DNA from: Desulfocapsa sulfexigens DSM 10523
Lineage (GTDB): Bacteria; Desulfobacterota; Desulfobulbia; Desulfobulbales; Desulfocapsaceae
Length of the DNA: 32,000 nucleotides
Direction of reading: 5' to 3'
NCBI RefSeq assembly: GCF_000341395.1
Contig: NC_020304.1
Span: 3,210,001-3,242,000 of the forward strand
The notes under the pieces were generated by a model. That model worked only from the letters and a program-made list of their open reading frames with translations, made no database searches and had not been told where the DNA came from. Position 1 is the stretch's first letter. Each line of letters begins with the position of its first letter. This document shows positions 9,290 to 17,699 of the stretch, piece after piece. The position numbers and the translations under genes are program-made.

Positions 9290-10069
9290 TATGGGCTCAC
9301 ATGCGTAATTGATCAAAATCCAGTCATACCCTACAGCACAACCATTACGGCCATTATCCCGAGCACTGTAAAGGCCAGTTTCTGCTCTGGCGGTAAGGGT
9401 TTCAATATTGTCATCGGAAACCATCTGTGCAATTCCAATGCTTATGCTGATTTTTATTGTATCTTCACCCTTCTTGAGTGCCAGGCTACGTGTCATCTCA
9501 AGAATTTTTGCAGCAATACGGCAGCTGTCTTTTGTTGAGCATTCTTTCAACACTACTAGAAATTGATCCCCTTCCCACCGACAGGTAATATCGGATGCAC
9601 GAAGCACACTCTGAATGGATTTACTTAACATGGAGAGCAGAGCATCCCCGGCCTTATGCCCATAACGTTCATTGATCCCCCTGAAGTGATCGATGTCAAC
9701 GATAAGGACAGAGAGTGGTTCAAGTGTGCGCTTGGCGTCCAGCAAGGCATGTTCAAAAATTTCACCGAAGGCATGCCGGGTGACTAATCCTGTCAACGAA
9801 TCAGTATGTTGGATGTCCTGAGTTCTCTGTTTGCGAAATTTTATAAAAAGAAAATTAGCAATACCCAGTGCAATAACAAGAAAGATACTATCCGTCAGGG
9901 CGATTCTGTGTAATGTTTTCCAGGATGCGTGAGTATCAGTGCAGCTGACCAATGAGTAGATGTCAATTGCGGCAAGAACGATCCCAAGGAACAGAGCGCA
10001 ACCAAGGAGAACACGTATGAGTACATCTGTTCGAATATCAGTCCGAACATCAATTCGAGCTGTTTTCAT
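9275..10069 (-). CDS. membrane-anchored degenerate GGDEF-domain protein (EGDQF active-site motif, intact RxxD site)
   Basis: Two hydrophobic segments are followed by a GGDEF-fold region (DIDHFRGINERYGHKAGDALL ... RASDITCRWEGDQFLVV). The track start at 10120 is a TTG; the first ATG is at 10069 (MKTARIDV). The start is uncertain. Confidence 0.75.
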   Translation of the reverse strand: MKTARIDVRTDIRTDVLIRVLLGCALFLGIVLAAIDIYSLVSCTDTHASWKTLHRIALTDSIFLVIALGIANFLFIKFRKQRTQDIQHTDSLTGLVTRHAFGEIFEHALLDAKRTLEPLSVLIVDIDHFRGINERYGHKAGDALLSMLSKSIQSVLRASDITCRWEGDQFLVVLKECSTKDSCRIAAKILEMTRSLALKKGEDTIKISISIGIAQMVSDDNIETLTARAETGLYSARDNGRNGCAVGYDWILINYACEPILLPA

Positions 10070-10259
10070 AAAATCTACAGGTGACGAAGAGTCAGGAATA
10101 TGGTAACACCAACTACTCAAATGGTGGCTGGCTACGGTTATCTATTTGTTTTTTGTCATTTCCTGGAACAAATTCCAGCAATGTGAGCATTTTAGAATAT
10201 TCTTTCATAACAGATTACAGTCAATTCAGGTATTATTTTTTCCAGAAGGAGTAAAAAAG

Positions 10260-11345
10260 ATGGTTGATCGCGTGTATAATTTCAGTCCTGGTCCCGGAAC
10301 GCTTCCCGTTGAAGTACTTCAGCAGGCCTCAAAGGATGTCCTTAATTTTAAAGAAACCGGTATCGGCCTCATCGAAATGAGTCACCGTTCCAAAGAGTTT
10401 ATGGCAGTTGCTGACACTACCGAAAGCATGCTCCGTGAGCTTATGGAAATTCCGGACAACTATAAGGTTCTTTTTCTTCAGGGGGGAGCTTCAAGCCAGT
10501 TTTTCATGATCCCCATGAACCTTCTTGGCGATGGTAAGAAAGCGACCTATCTGAATACCGGAACGTGGTCCAAAAAAGCTATAAAAGAGGCCAGGTTGTT
10601 TGGTGATATTGAAGTAGCCTTTTCAAGTGAAGAGCAGACCTTCAACAGAGTGCCAACACAAGATGAGTACAGTGTCGACAGCGCATCTGAGTATCTCTAT
10701 TTTGTTTCAAACAATACCATCTACGGAACCCAGTTTTCTTCATTTCCCGAGACGGATAAAGTGTTGATATCAGATATGTCTTCAGATATTTTATCCCGAA
10801 AGATAGACGTCTCTAAATTTGGGCTTATTTTTGCTGGTGCGCAAAAGAATATGGGACCTGCTGGTGTTACAATTGTTATTATCAGGGAGGATCTCCTTGA
10901 TAAGACTCCCAAAAACACTCCCACCATGCTCACATACAAAACCCATGCTGACAAAGGGTCTATGTTTAACACACCACCCTGCTTTCCTATTTATGTTGTT
11001 GGTGAAGTGTTGAAATGGTTGAAAAAGAAAGGTGGCATAGAGGCCATTGAGCAAATCAATATCGAAAAAGCCGGTCTCCTCTACGATTGCATTGATGGTA
11101 CAGAATATTACAGAGGCCATGCTGAGAAAGCCTCACGTTCTTTGATGAACATCTCCTTTAACCTGCCAAATGCTGATCTTGAGGCCAAATTTATAGCTGA
11201 AGCCACAGAGGTTGGATTGAATGGACTTAAGGGACATCGTTCCATCGGTGGTTGTCGTGCCTCCATTTACAATGCATTTCCCAGGGAAGGTGTAGTAAAG
11301 CTAGTTGAATTTATGAAAAAATTTGAAGCTGACAACCCTGCCTGA
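10260..11345 (+). CDS. serC: phosphoserine aminotransferase
   Basis: YNFSPGPGTLP, MSHRSKEF, GAQKNMGPAGVT (PLP lysine) and GGCRASIYNA. The ATG at 10260 is preceded by AGGAG at 10247-10251. The longer track ORF starting at 10146 is rejected. Confidence 0.92.
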   Translation: MVDRVYNFSPGPGTLPVEVLQQASKDVLNFKETGIGLIEMSHRSKEFMAVADTTESMLRELMEIPDNYKVLFLQGGASSQFFMIPMNLLGDGKKATYLNTGTWSKKAIKEARLFGDIEVAFSSEEQTFNRVPTQDEYSVDSASEYLYFVSNNTIYGTQFSSFPETDKVLISDMSSDILSRKIDVSKFGLIFAGAQKNMGPAGVTIVIIREDLLDKTPKNTPTMLTYKTHADKGSMFNTPPCFPIYVVGEVLKWLKKKGGIEAIEQINIEKAGLLYDCIDGTEYYRGHAEKASRSLMNISFNLPNADLEAKFIAEATEVGLNGLKGHRSIGGCRASIYNAFPREGVVKLVEFMKKFEADNPA

Positions 11346-11359
11346 CATCTCACTCTCAA

Positions 11360-12229
11360 ATGAATTACGATGGAGACATTATTCGTCCGCCCAGTGAGGC
11401 CAATTCTATCATCCTCCAGGTGACCGTAGGCTGTTCTCACAACCGCTGCACATTCTGTGGTGCCTACAAAGAGAAGAAGTTTCGCATTCGCAGTCAAGAG
11501 GAAGTTCTTGATAACATTGCTTTTGCTGCCCGCTATTGTGGAAAGCAAAAGCGTGTTTTTCTCGCAGATGGTGACGTGCTTATCCTGTCTCAGAAGAGGT
11601 TGGTGGCACTTTTTGAACTTATCAGGGAAAACCTTCCCCAGGTGAACCGCATCGCCCTTTATGGAAACGCAAAGGCCATTCGGGCAAAGACGGTCGACGA
11701 ACTCAAAGAGCTGAAGAGACTTGGTTTGCATCGAATTTATATGGGACTTGAAAGTGGTGCCAATGAAGTACTTGCTGCAGTAAAAAAAGATGAGACTGAC
11801 AAGTCCATGGCTCTTGCTGCCTGTCGTGCGAAAAAGGCTGGTGTTTTTCTTTCAGTTACTGTCCTCCTGGGCCTAGGTGGGGTGCAAAACAGTCTGCACC
11901 ATGCCAGGGAAACAGCAAGGGTCCTCAGTCTTATGGAACCTAAACAAATTGCGGCACTCTGTTTGATGCCGCTGAGCAATACAGATCTTGGAAGACAGTA
12001 CCAGGAAGGTACGTTCGAATTGCCGGACTCAACCGGAATACTTCTTGAACTACAGGAATTACTACTGAATATAACATGTTATCCCGTGCAGTTTATGGCT
12101 AATCATGCATCTAACTACCTCCCTCTTTCCGGCCGTCTTCCTCGTGATCGTGAGGCCATGCTGAATAGTGTTAAAATGGCCCTGCTTGGGAATCAGCCAC
12201 TTGTTCCTGAAAGATTTCGGGCCTTATAA
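11360..12229 (+). CDS. radical SAM domain protein, family unassigned, with CX4CX2C cluster motif
   Basis: 289 aa. VGCSHNRCTFCGAY lies at residues 24-36 (Cys codons at 11432, 11447 and 11456). FLADGD and YMGLESG match typical radical-SAM core strands. There is no SPASM or B12 domain. Confidence 0.7.
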   Translation: MNYDGDIIRPPSEANSIILQVTVGCSHNRCTFCGAYKEKKFRIRSQEEVLDNIAFAARYCGKQKRVFLADGDVLILSQKRLVALFELIRENLPQVNRIALYGNAKAIRAKTVDELKELKRLGLHRIYMGLESGANEVLAAVKKDETDKSMALAACRAKKAGVFLSVTVLLGLGGVQNSLHHARETARVLSLMEPKQIAALCLMPLSNTDLGRQYQEGTFELPDSTGILLELQELLLNITCYPVQFMANHASNYLPLSGRLPRDREAMLNSVKMALLGNQPLVPERFRAL

Positions 12230-12233
12230 AAGA

Positions 12234-13307
12234 ATGAATCCTAAAACTGATTTAAGAAATCTGACCCAGGACGAACTTGTCTGTTACGTGGAATCTTTGG
12301 GCCAGCCTGCCTTTCGTGCCAGGCAAATCATGTCCTGGCTGTATCGTCCTGGCATCACAGACTTTTCCCAGATGACCGATCTTGCAAAAGACTTCCGCCG
12401 GTTGCTCGCAGAAAACGCAAGAATATCTCAATTTCAAGATCCTCTTATTCAACAATCTCAGGACGGTTGTGTGAAGTTCGGATTCACACTTGATGATGGG
12501 AAGCTTATAGAATCAGTCCTTATTCCGGAACCCGACCGCAACACTCTTTGTGTTTCCTCGCAGGTTGGTTGCGCCATGAATTGCTCTTTCTGTCTTACCG
12601 CAACAATGGGATTTACTCGCAACCTTACGCCCTCTGAAATTGTTAATCAGGTGTGTGCTGCCGGTGATTTCCTGAGGAACGCCCCGAAGTCAAAACGTAT
12701 AGGACCAGATCGGGTTACAAATCTCGTGTTCATGGGAATGGGAGAGCCACTAAATAATCTGGACAATCTTATCAAGGCCATATCTATTCTTACAGAACAG
12801 CGTGGCCTTGATATGACCAACAGGCGCATTACTGTTTCGACTTGTGGAATCGTAAGTAAGATGCTCGAACTCGGTGAGAAAACAGATGTAAATCTCGCCA
12901 TATCTCTCCATGCTGTCGATGATACGACCAGGAATAGCCTCATGCCGGTCAACAATCGCTACTCTCTGGAGGAGTTACTACAGGCCTGTCGCGACTATCC
13001 AATGGCTAAACGGAAACGGATAATGTTTGAATATATTCTGTTGCATGGGATTAACGACTCCGATGAAAATGCCTACGAACTAGCTAGGATTCTCCGTGAC
13101 ATCCCCTGTAAAATCAATTTGCTTCCATATAATGAATCTCCTGGCCTTCCCTACAAAAGCCCATCCAGAAATAGGGTGTTTGCCTTCCAGAAAATTGTAA
13201 GGGACAAGGGCTATTCAGTTTTTATTCGCACAAGCCGCGGTGAAGATATTTCTGCTGCATGTGGTCAACTTGCCAAACAAAAAGAGAACGAGGTACAGGA
13301 TGCCTGA
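12234..13307 (+). CDS. rlmN: 23S rRNA (adenine2503-C2)/tRNA A37 methyltransferase RlmN
   Basis: FRARQIMSWLY, SSQVGCAMNCSFCLT, GMGEPLNN, LAISLH and SRGEDISAACGQL. The ATG at 12234 lies 4 nt after the preceding stop. Confidence 0.92.
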   Translation: MNPKTDLRNLTQDELVCYVESLGQPAFRARQIMSWLYRPGITDFSQMTDLAKDFRRLLAENARISQFQDPLIQQSQDGCVKFGFTLDDGKLIESVLIPEPDRNTLCVSSQVGCAMNCSFCLTATMGFTRNLTPSEIVNQVCAAGDFLRNAPKSKRIGPDRVTNLVFMGMGEPLNNLDNLIKAISILTEQRGLDMTNRRITVSTCGIVSKMLELGEKTDVNLAISLHAVDDTTRNSLMPVNNRYSLEELLQACRDYPMAKRKRIMFEYILLHGINDSDENAYELARILRDIPCKINLLPYNESPGLPYKSPSRNRVFAFQKIVRDKGYSVFIRTSRGEDISAACGQLAKQKENEVQDA

Positions 13308-14061
13308 ACTTGAAACATGTACTGGATATCAATATCTGCGTGATACTTTCTATAATCGTGAAACGATAAAACAGTTCAAACGCCCAGCTATTGCTGAGGT
13401 CAACACCTTTAAGAAATATCCTGACTCAAAAAGAATCGAATTACCCAGGAACTGGAACCTCAAGGAAGCCCGTATCACTCCCTTGCTCCAAAGCAGACGT
13501 TCCCTTCGTAAGTATTCAACAGAACCTGTAACCTTTGAGGAGCTGGCGTTCATGCTTTGGGCCAGCCAGGGTATCACTGCCAAATCAGGAAGCTATACGT
13601 TTCGGACAGCACCTTCAGGAGGTGCGCTCTATCCCATTGAAACCTATTTGAGCATTAAAAATGTAACAGATCTTGAACCCGGCTTATACCATTTTGATGT
13701 GGAAAATTTTGCACTGAATATTCTGAGTGAAACGGAGTGTGCCGAAGCAGTGGCAACGGCCTGTTTAAATCAGAAATTTATGGCACAATCAGCGGTGACC
13801 TTTCTCTGGACTGCTGTTTTTAGAAGGTGTATGAGTAAATATGGAAATCGTGGCGTACGCTATCTGCTACTTGATGCAGGGCACGTCTGTCAAAATCTAC
13901 TCCTGGCGGCCGAAGCAACCGAGAATGGCGGTTGTCCCGTTGCTGCTTTTTACGACGATGAGGTGAATGAGTTACTGGGTGTCAATCCTGCCGAGGAGTC
14001 CATTCTTTATGCTGCCGCAATTGGAAAAAGGATTCCAGTTAAAGGACAATGCAGTCTGTAG
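13300..14061 (+). CDS. SagB/ThcOx-family nitroreductase-fold (FMN) dehydrogenase
   Basis: RRSLRKY, RTAPSGGALYPIE, GLYHF and RYLLLDAGHVCQNLLLAA. The ATG at 13300 overlaps the rlmN stop (ATGCCTGA). The upstream track start at 13240 is rejected. Confidence 0.75.
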   Translation: MPELETCTGYQYLRDTFYNRETIKQFKRPAIAEVNTFKKYPDSKRIELPRNWNLKEARITPLLQSRRSLRKYSTEPVTFEELAFMLWASQGITAKSGSYTFRTAPSGGALYPIETYLSIKNVTDLEPGLYHFDVENFALNILSETECAEAVATACLNQKFMAQSAVTFLWTAVFRRCMSKYGNRGVRYLLLDAGHVCQNLLLAAEATENGGCPVAAFYDDEVNELLGVNPAEESILYAAAIGKRIPVKGQCSL

Positions 14062-14117
14062 GCGAGTGTCAGGTGAAAAAGAGGACTATTGTCCAGGTGG
14101 TCCATGATAAATGCTGG

Positions 14118-14426
14118 CTATTCCTCGTTTAGCTGATTACCAACTCGTTCTTTAGGGTCCCTGTAGTAGTTAATTTTTCTCTTCTCAGGATCCCGAGGAG
14201 TATTGAAAAAGCTATTGATAGAAGCTGGAATTTCCGTGGGTGACTTTCCGGTAAGTAAAAAGTACCCCACAGAAATAATAGCGACCAGAAAGAGAAAGAT
14301 AAATCCTCTCTTCAGTTGAGCCTGCATGGTAGCACTTCTGAATACTAAAAATGCCACCACGCAAAGAAAAACTCCTGGAATCGCCCAGGCATAAAATTCG
14401 TGCGTGACATTAATGATATTTTCCAT
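14118..14426 (-). CDS. small two-TM membrane protein, unknown function
   Basis: 102 aa with two hydrophobic segments (AWAIPGVFLCVVAFLVF and FIFLFLVAIISVGYFLL) and a charged tail. It starts 15 nt after the stop of the oxidoreductase gamma gene, on the same strand. I recognise no family. Confidence 0.5.
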   Translation of the reverse strand: MENIINVTHEFYAWAIPGVFLCVVAFLVFRSATMQAQLKRGFIFLFLVAIISVGYFLLTGKSPTEIPASINSFFNTPRDPEKRKINYYRDPKERVGNQLNEE

Positions 14427-14441
14427 TTTATTGTTTTGGCG

Positions 14442-15035
14442 TTAAAGTTCGTCTTCCCATTCTGAGAGTACAGATTTTGGTAAAAGATTGAGGTCGATTT
14501 TTTTTGCCTCCTCAATACCGGCATGAAGAGCATCTGAATTCATTTTTTCAGTACCCTTGGGAACACGTGAAAGTAGAGCCTTTTCCAGGCCATCAAGAGA
14601 AACCTGACCGCTGAGATAACCAACGGCTCCAAGTGCCACCATATTTGCAACCAACTCTCTGCCAATCTGTTCCCTGGCAATCTGGGTAAATGGAATTGAG
14701 ACCGAACGACTGGTGGGCAGTTGTTTGACAAGGCCGGAATCGACCACCAGTAATCCATCAGCCTTAATATCCGAGAAATAGGCATCACAAGCCGTCTGGG
14801 TCATGGCCAGGAGCAGGTCAACCCGCAGTGCCTTTGGATAATCAATAGGTGATCCTGAGATAACAACTTCAGCTTTACTTTTACCGCCACGGGCCTCAGG
14901 GCCATAGCTTTGAGTTTGACAGACATGCTTGTTGTCAAAGGCCCCTACTCCATCGGCCATCACCACGGCTGCAGTTATTATCCCCTGACCTCCGGATCCG
15001 CTAAATCTGATTTCGTATCGTTCATCATTCTTCAT
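14442..15035 (-). CDS. 2-oxoacid:ferredoxin oxidoreductase gamma subunit (OorC/KorG-like)
   Basis: EIRFSGSGGQGIITAA and SYGPEARGG. The ATG at 15035 overlaps the end of the beta gene by 11 nt. The track extension to 15158 runs inside the beta gene and is rejected. Confidence 0.85.
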   Translation of the reverse strand: MKNDERYEIRFSGSGGQGIITAAVVMADGVGAFDNKHVCQTQSYGPEARGGKSKAEVVISGSPIDYPKALRVDLLLAMTQTACDAYFSDIKADGLLVVDSGLVKQLPTSRSVSIPFTQIAREQIGRELVANMVALGAVGYLSGQVSLDGLEKALLSRVPKGTEKMNSDALHAGIEEAKKIDLNLLPKSVLSEWEDEL

Positions 15036-15909
15036 AACGTTTGATCCCATTTTTCTCTTTCGCTTTAGTGATATTGTCTGCCTTTTCCTTGGCTTCAGCG
15101 GCAATGCGTCGATATTCATCCGTTGAGATTGGCTTTTCGACGTCGGTGAGAACTCCAATGGTAATCTTTCCTTCCAGTTCCTCTGGATTCATTTTCTCAG
15201 CTTTTCCAATGGTTACCGCACGTTCCTTGAAGCCATTAATCATCTCCACAGCACCGCCAAGTTTATTTCTGCGCCCATGCTGCACATGGCAATTAGAAAT
15301 AATCTCCATCACTGAAAAACCACGTTTTTCTATGGCTTTTTTTATCATCTGCTCAAGATGGCTAGCGTGATAAACCGTACTTCTTGCGACAAAAGATGCT
15401 CCGGCAGCAACAGCAAGCTCTGCTATATTAAACGCATGCTCCACGTGCCCATAAACAGACGTTGTCGACTTGGCACCATAAGGGGTGGCCGGGGAGTACT
15501 GCCCACCAGTCATGCCGTAGGTCGCGTTATTGATAATAATAGCAGTGAGGTCGATATTTCGTCGCGCGGCATGGATAAAATGATTGCCACCGATAGCGGT
15601 TGCGTCACCATCTCCCATTACGGTGAGCACACTGAGTTCTGGCTTGGCAAGTTTTATTCCAGTGGCAAATGTAAGGGCACGGCCATGGGTGGTATGGATG
15701 GTATTAAAATCCACATAGGTTGGCAATCTGCCAGAACATCCTATTCCAGATGCCAGCACCACCTCATCTTTACTCAGGCCAATACTGTGAATAGCACGTA
15801 ACAAGGCACCCATAACAATTCCATTACCACACCCGGGACACCAGACATGAGGGAATTTTTTGTCGTGTCGCAAATATTCTTTACGTATGATTTCAGCACG
15901 TTCAAGCAT
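15025..15909 (-). CDS. 2-oxoacid:ferredoxin oxidoreductase beta subunit (TPP-binding, OorB/KorB-like)
   Basis: WCPGCGNG and GDGDATAIGGNHFIHAARRN (TPP motif). AAGGAG lies before the ATG. The C-terminal tail is lysine/glutamate-rich. Confidence 0.9.
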   Translation of the reverse strand: MLERAEIIRKEYLRHDKKFPHVWCPGCGNGIVMGALLRAIHSIGLSKDEVVLASGIGCSGRLPTYVDFNTIHTTHGRALTFATGIKLAKPELSVLTVMGDGDATAIGGNHFIHAARRNIDLTAIIINNATYGMTGGQYSPATPYGAKSTTSVYGHVEHAFNIAELAVAAGASFVARSTVYHASHLEQMIKKAIEKRGFSVMEIISNCHVQHGRRNKLGGAVEMINGFKERAVTIGKAEKMNPEELEGKITIGVLTDVEKPISTDEYRRIAAEAKEKADNITKAKEKNGIKRYEE

Positions 15910-15945
15910 TGTATTTATTCTCCTTAATCTTGTTTAGATGCAAGA

Positions 15946-17088
15946 TCATACCGTTGTCAAATGTTTAAGAATCTCTTCAGGGGTTATCAGCTGACCGTCA
16001 ATGCGATTATGTTTCACAATGCGACATCCGGCCTGATTAACCCTTCCTACTTCTCTGCTCATCTGCCCCATATTCATTTCAGGAACAATTGCAACACGGC
16101 ATTGGCGAAGATACGTATCAACAGCTTTTCGTGGAAACGGGAAAAGCGTAATCAGCTGTACAAGCCCTGCCTTAACCCCAAGCTTTCGTGCGTCACGAAC
16201 AGCACGGAGAGCTGACCTGGCAACAGAACCGTATGCGATAACAAAAACTTCAGCATCTTCCATATGGTGGTTTTTGGTGATTTGTATATCCTGGAACCCC
16301 TTGCTGATCTTTTTATGAATTCTGGTTAAAAACTGTTTGATTTCCTGAGGATTCTGGGTCGGAAATCCTTTTTCATCATGAACAAGACCTGTCACGTGAT
16401 GTCTGTAGCCATCACCTAAAGATGACATATCAGGCACACTACGGTTGTTATCGGCGTAAGGCTTATACCACTCGGGCGGGACATCGGGTTTAACTCTGTC
16501 GAAAACGCGAATCTGATCAGGCTCGGGAAGTATCACTGATTCACGAGTATGGGCCACAACCTCATCTGAAAGAATGATCACCGGGGTGCGATATTTTTCA
16601 GAAAGATTAAAGGCCCTTACGGTTACCGAAAAACAATCAGCAACTGAAGAGACGGCAAGAACAATAATGGGGTGGTCACCGTGGGTGCCCCATCTCGCCA
16701 TCTGGACATCGCCCTGGGCCGGGCTGGTTGGAAGACCTGTACTGGGCCCGCCACGCATTACATTTACTATAACACAGGGAACTTCGGTGATACAGCCATA
16801 GCCAAGATTCTCCTGAATAAGAGAAAATCCAGGGCCACTTGTGGCCGTCATAGCCTTCACTCCGGCAAGAGAGGCACCAAGGACAGCACCCATGGAGGCA
16901 ATTTCATCTTCCATTTGCACAAAAGTACCACCAAATTCCGGTAATTTGACCGAAAGGATCTCACTTATCTCTGATGCTGGTGTAATAGGGTACCCAGCAA
17001 AGAAACGACAACCAGCAGCCAGAGCCCCGGCAACAATTGCTTCATTTCCCTGAAGGAGAACTTTTTTCTGAGTATTATTTAATTCCAT
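15946..17088 (-). CDS. 2-oxoacid:ferredoxin oxidoreductase alpha subunit (OorA/KorA-like)
   Basis: 380 aa. LLQGNEAIVAGALAAGCRFFAGYPITPASEI and TSGPGFSL. Confidence 0.9.
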   Translation of the reverse strand: MELNNTQKKVLLQGNEAIVAGALAAGCRFFAGYPITPASEISEILSVKLPEFGGTFVQMEDEIASMGAVLGASLAGVKAMTATSGPGFSLIQENLGYGCITEVPCVIVNVMRGGPSTGLPTSPAQGDVQMARWGTHGDHPIIVLAVSSVADCFSVTVRAFNLSEKYRTPVIILSDEVVAHTRESVILPEPDQIRVFDRVKPDVPPEWYKPYADNNRSVPDMSSLGDGYRHHVTGLVHDEKGFPTQNPQEIKQFLTRIHKKISKGFQDIQITKNHHMEDAEVFVIAYGSVARSALRAVRDARKLGVKAGLVQLITLFPFPRKAVDTYLRQCRVAIVPEMNMGQMSREVGRVNQAGCRIVKHNRIDGQLITPEEILKHLTTV

Positions 17089-17392
17089 TGCTGCGCCTCC
17101 TTTCAGGGTGTCTTCCCGTCACAGTGATAGCAAAATCAGGGCAGTGAATTTCGCAGAATCTGCACCCTATGCAACTGTCCATTGCATCAATGTATGGGAG
17201 CCCAAGCTCATCCGTCTTAATGATCTGTTTTGCGCAAAGAGCGCTGCAGAGTCCACAGGATTTGCACCAGTTGTGAAAAAAGAGCACATTGTATAACTTT
17301 TTTTCCTTTACTTTGGCGGCGGCAGGAGATTTTACCTCTTTTTTACCTCTTGGTTTGGAATCTTTAACCATTTTTTGTAACCAGTTTTTCAC
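17075..17392 (-). CDS. 2-oxoacid:ferredoxin oxidoreductase delta subunit (2x[4Fe-4S] ferredoxin, OorD-like)
   Basis: CKSCGLCSALC and CIGCRFCEIHCP, with a Lys-rich N-terminus. It overlaps the alpha gene by 14 nt. The start is either GTG at 17392 or ATG at 17371, unresolved. Confidence 0.8.
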   Translation of the reverse strand: MKNWLQKMVKDSKPRGKKEVKSPAAAKVKEKKLYNVLFFHNWCKSCGLCSALCAKQIIKTDELGLPYIDAMDSCIGCRFCEIHCPDFAITVTGRHPERRRSNGIK

Positions 17393-17699
17393 CTTTTGAA
17401 TTGTTAAAAACTACGAGATCAGTATGAAAATCCGCAGTAACACGTATGTTTTTGTTATATAACCGTTAAATGAACTGTCAAGTATATTGTGTTATTTCCT
17501 GAGAATAGCTCATTGTATTGCCAGTTCGTGCAGGTGTTAGGCTCAAATTGTCATTTGTTCCAATCCACCAGTATTACTTGCCTTTACTATAAATGTATGC
17601 TAACTATCCAATCCTGAGTTACCAATGAGGCCTGTGACTATACGGCCTCCCCCCCCTGTGAGACATTCTGCTGTAATTTTGAATTAATCTTGAAAGGAG

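Noticed and set aside
10146-10259. Upstream extensions offered by the track for serC (10146), rlmN (12168), the SagB-like gene (13240), mrpG (22104) and mrpB (22695)
   Set aside because: In each case an internal ATG, with a better Shine-Dalgarno sequence or gene junction, reproduces the conserved family N-terminus. The extensions overlap the upstream gene or promoter sequence.
11267-11731. 154-aa minus-strand ORF across the serC/radical-SAM junction
   Set aside because: It overlaps two well-supported plus-strand genes and has no motifs. It is a shadow ORF.
15036-15158. N-terminal extension of the OFOR gamma ORF (MEFSPTSKSQSQRMNIDALPLKPRKRQ...)
   Set aside because: The extension lies out of frame inside the 3' end of the beta-subunit gene. 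The family-typical N-terminus (MKNDERYEIRFSGSGGQG) begins at the ATG at 15035.
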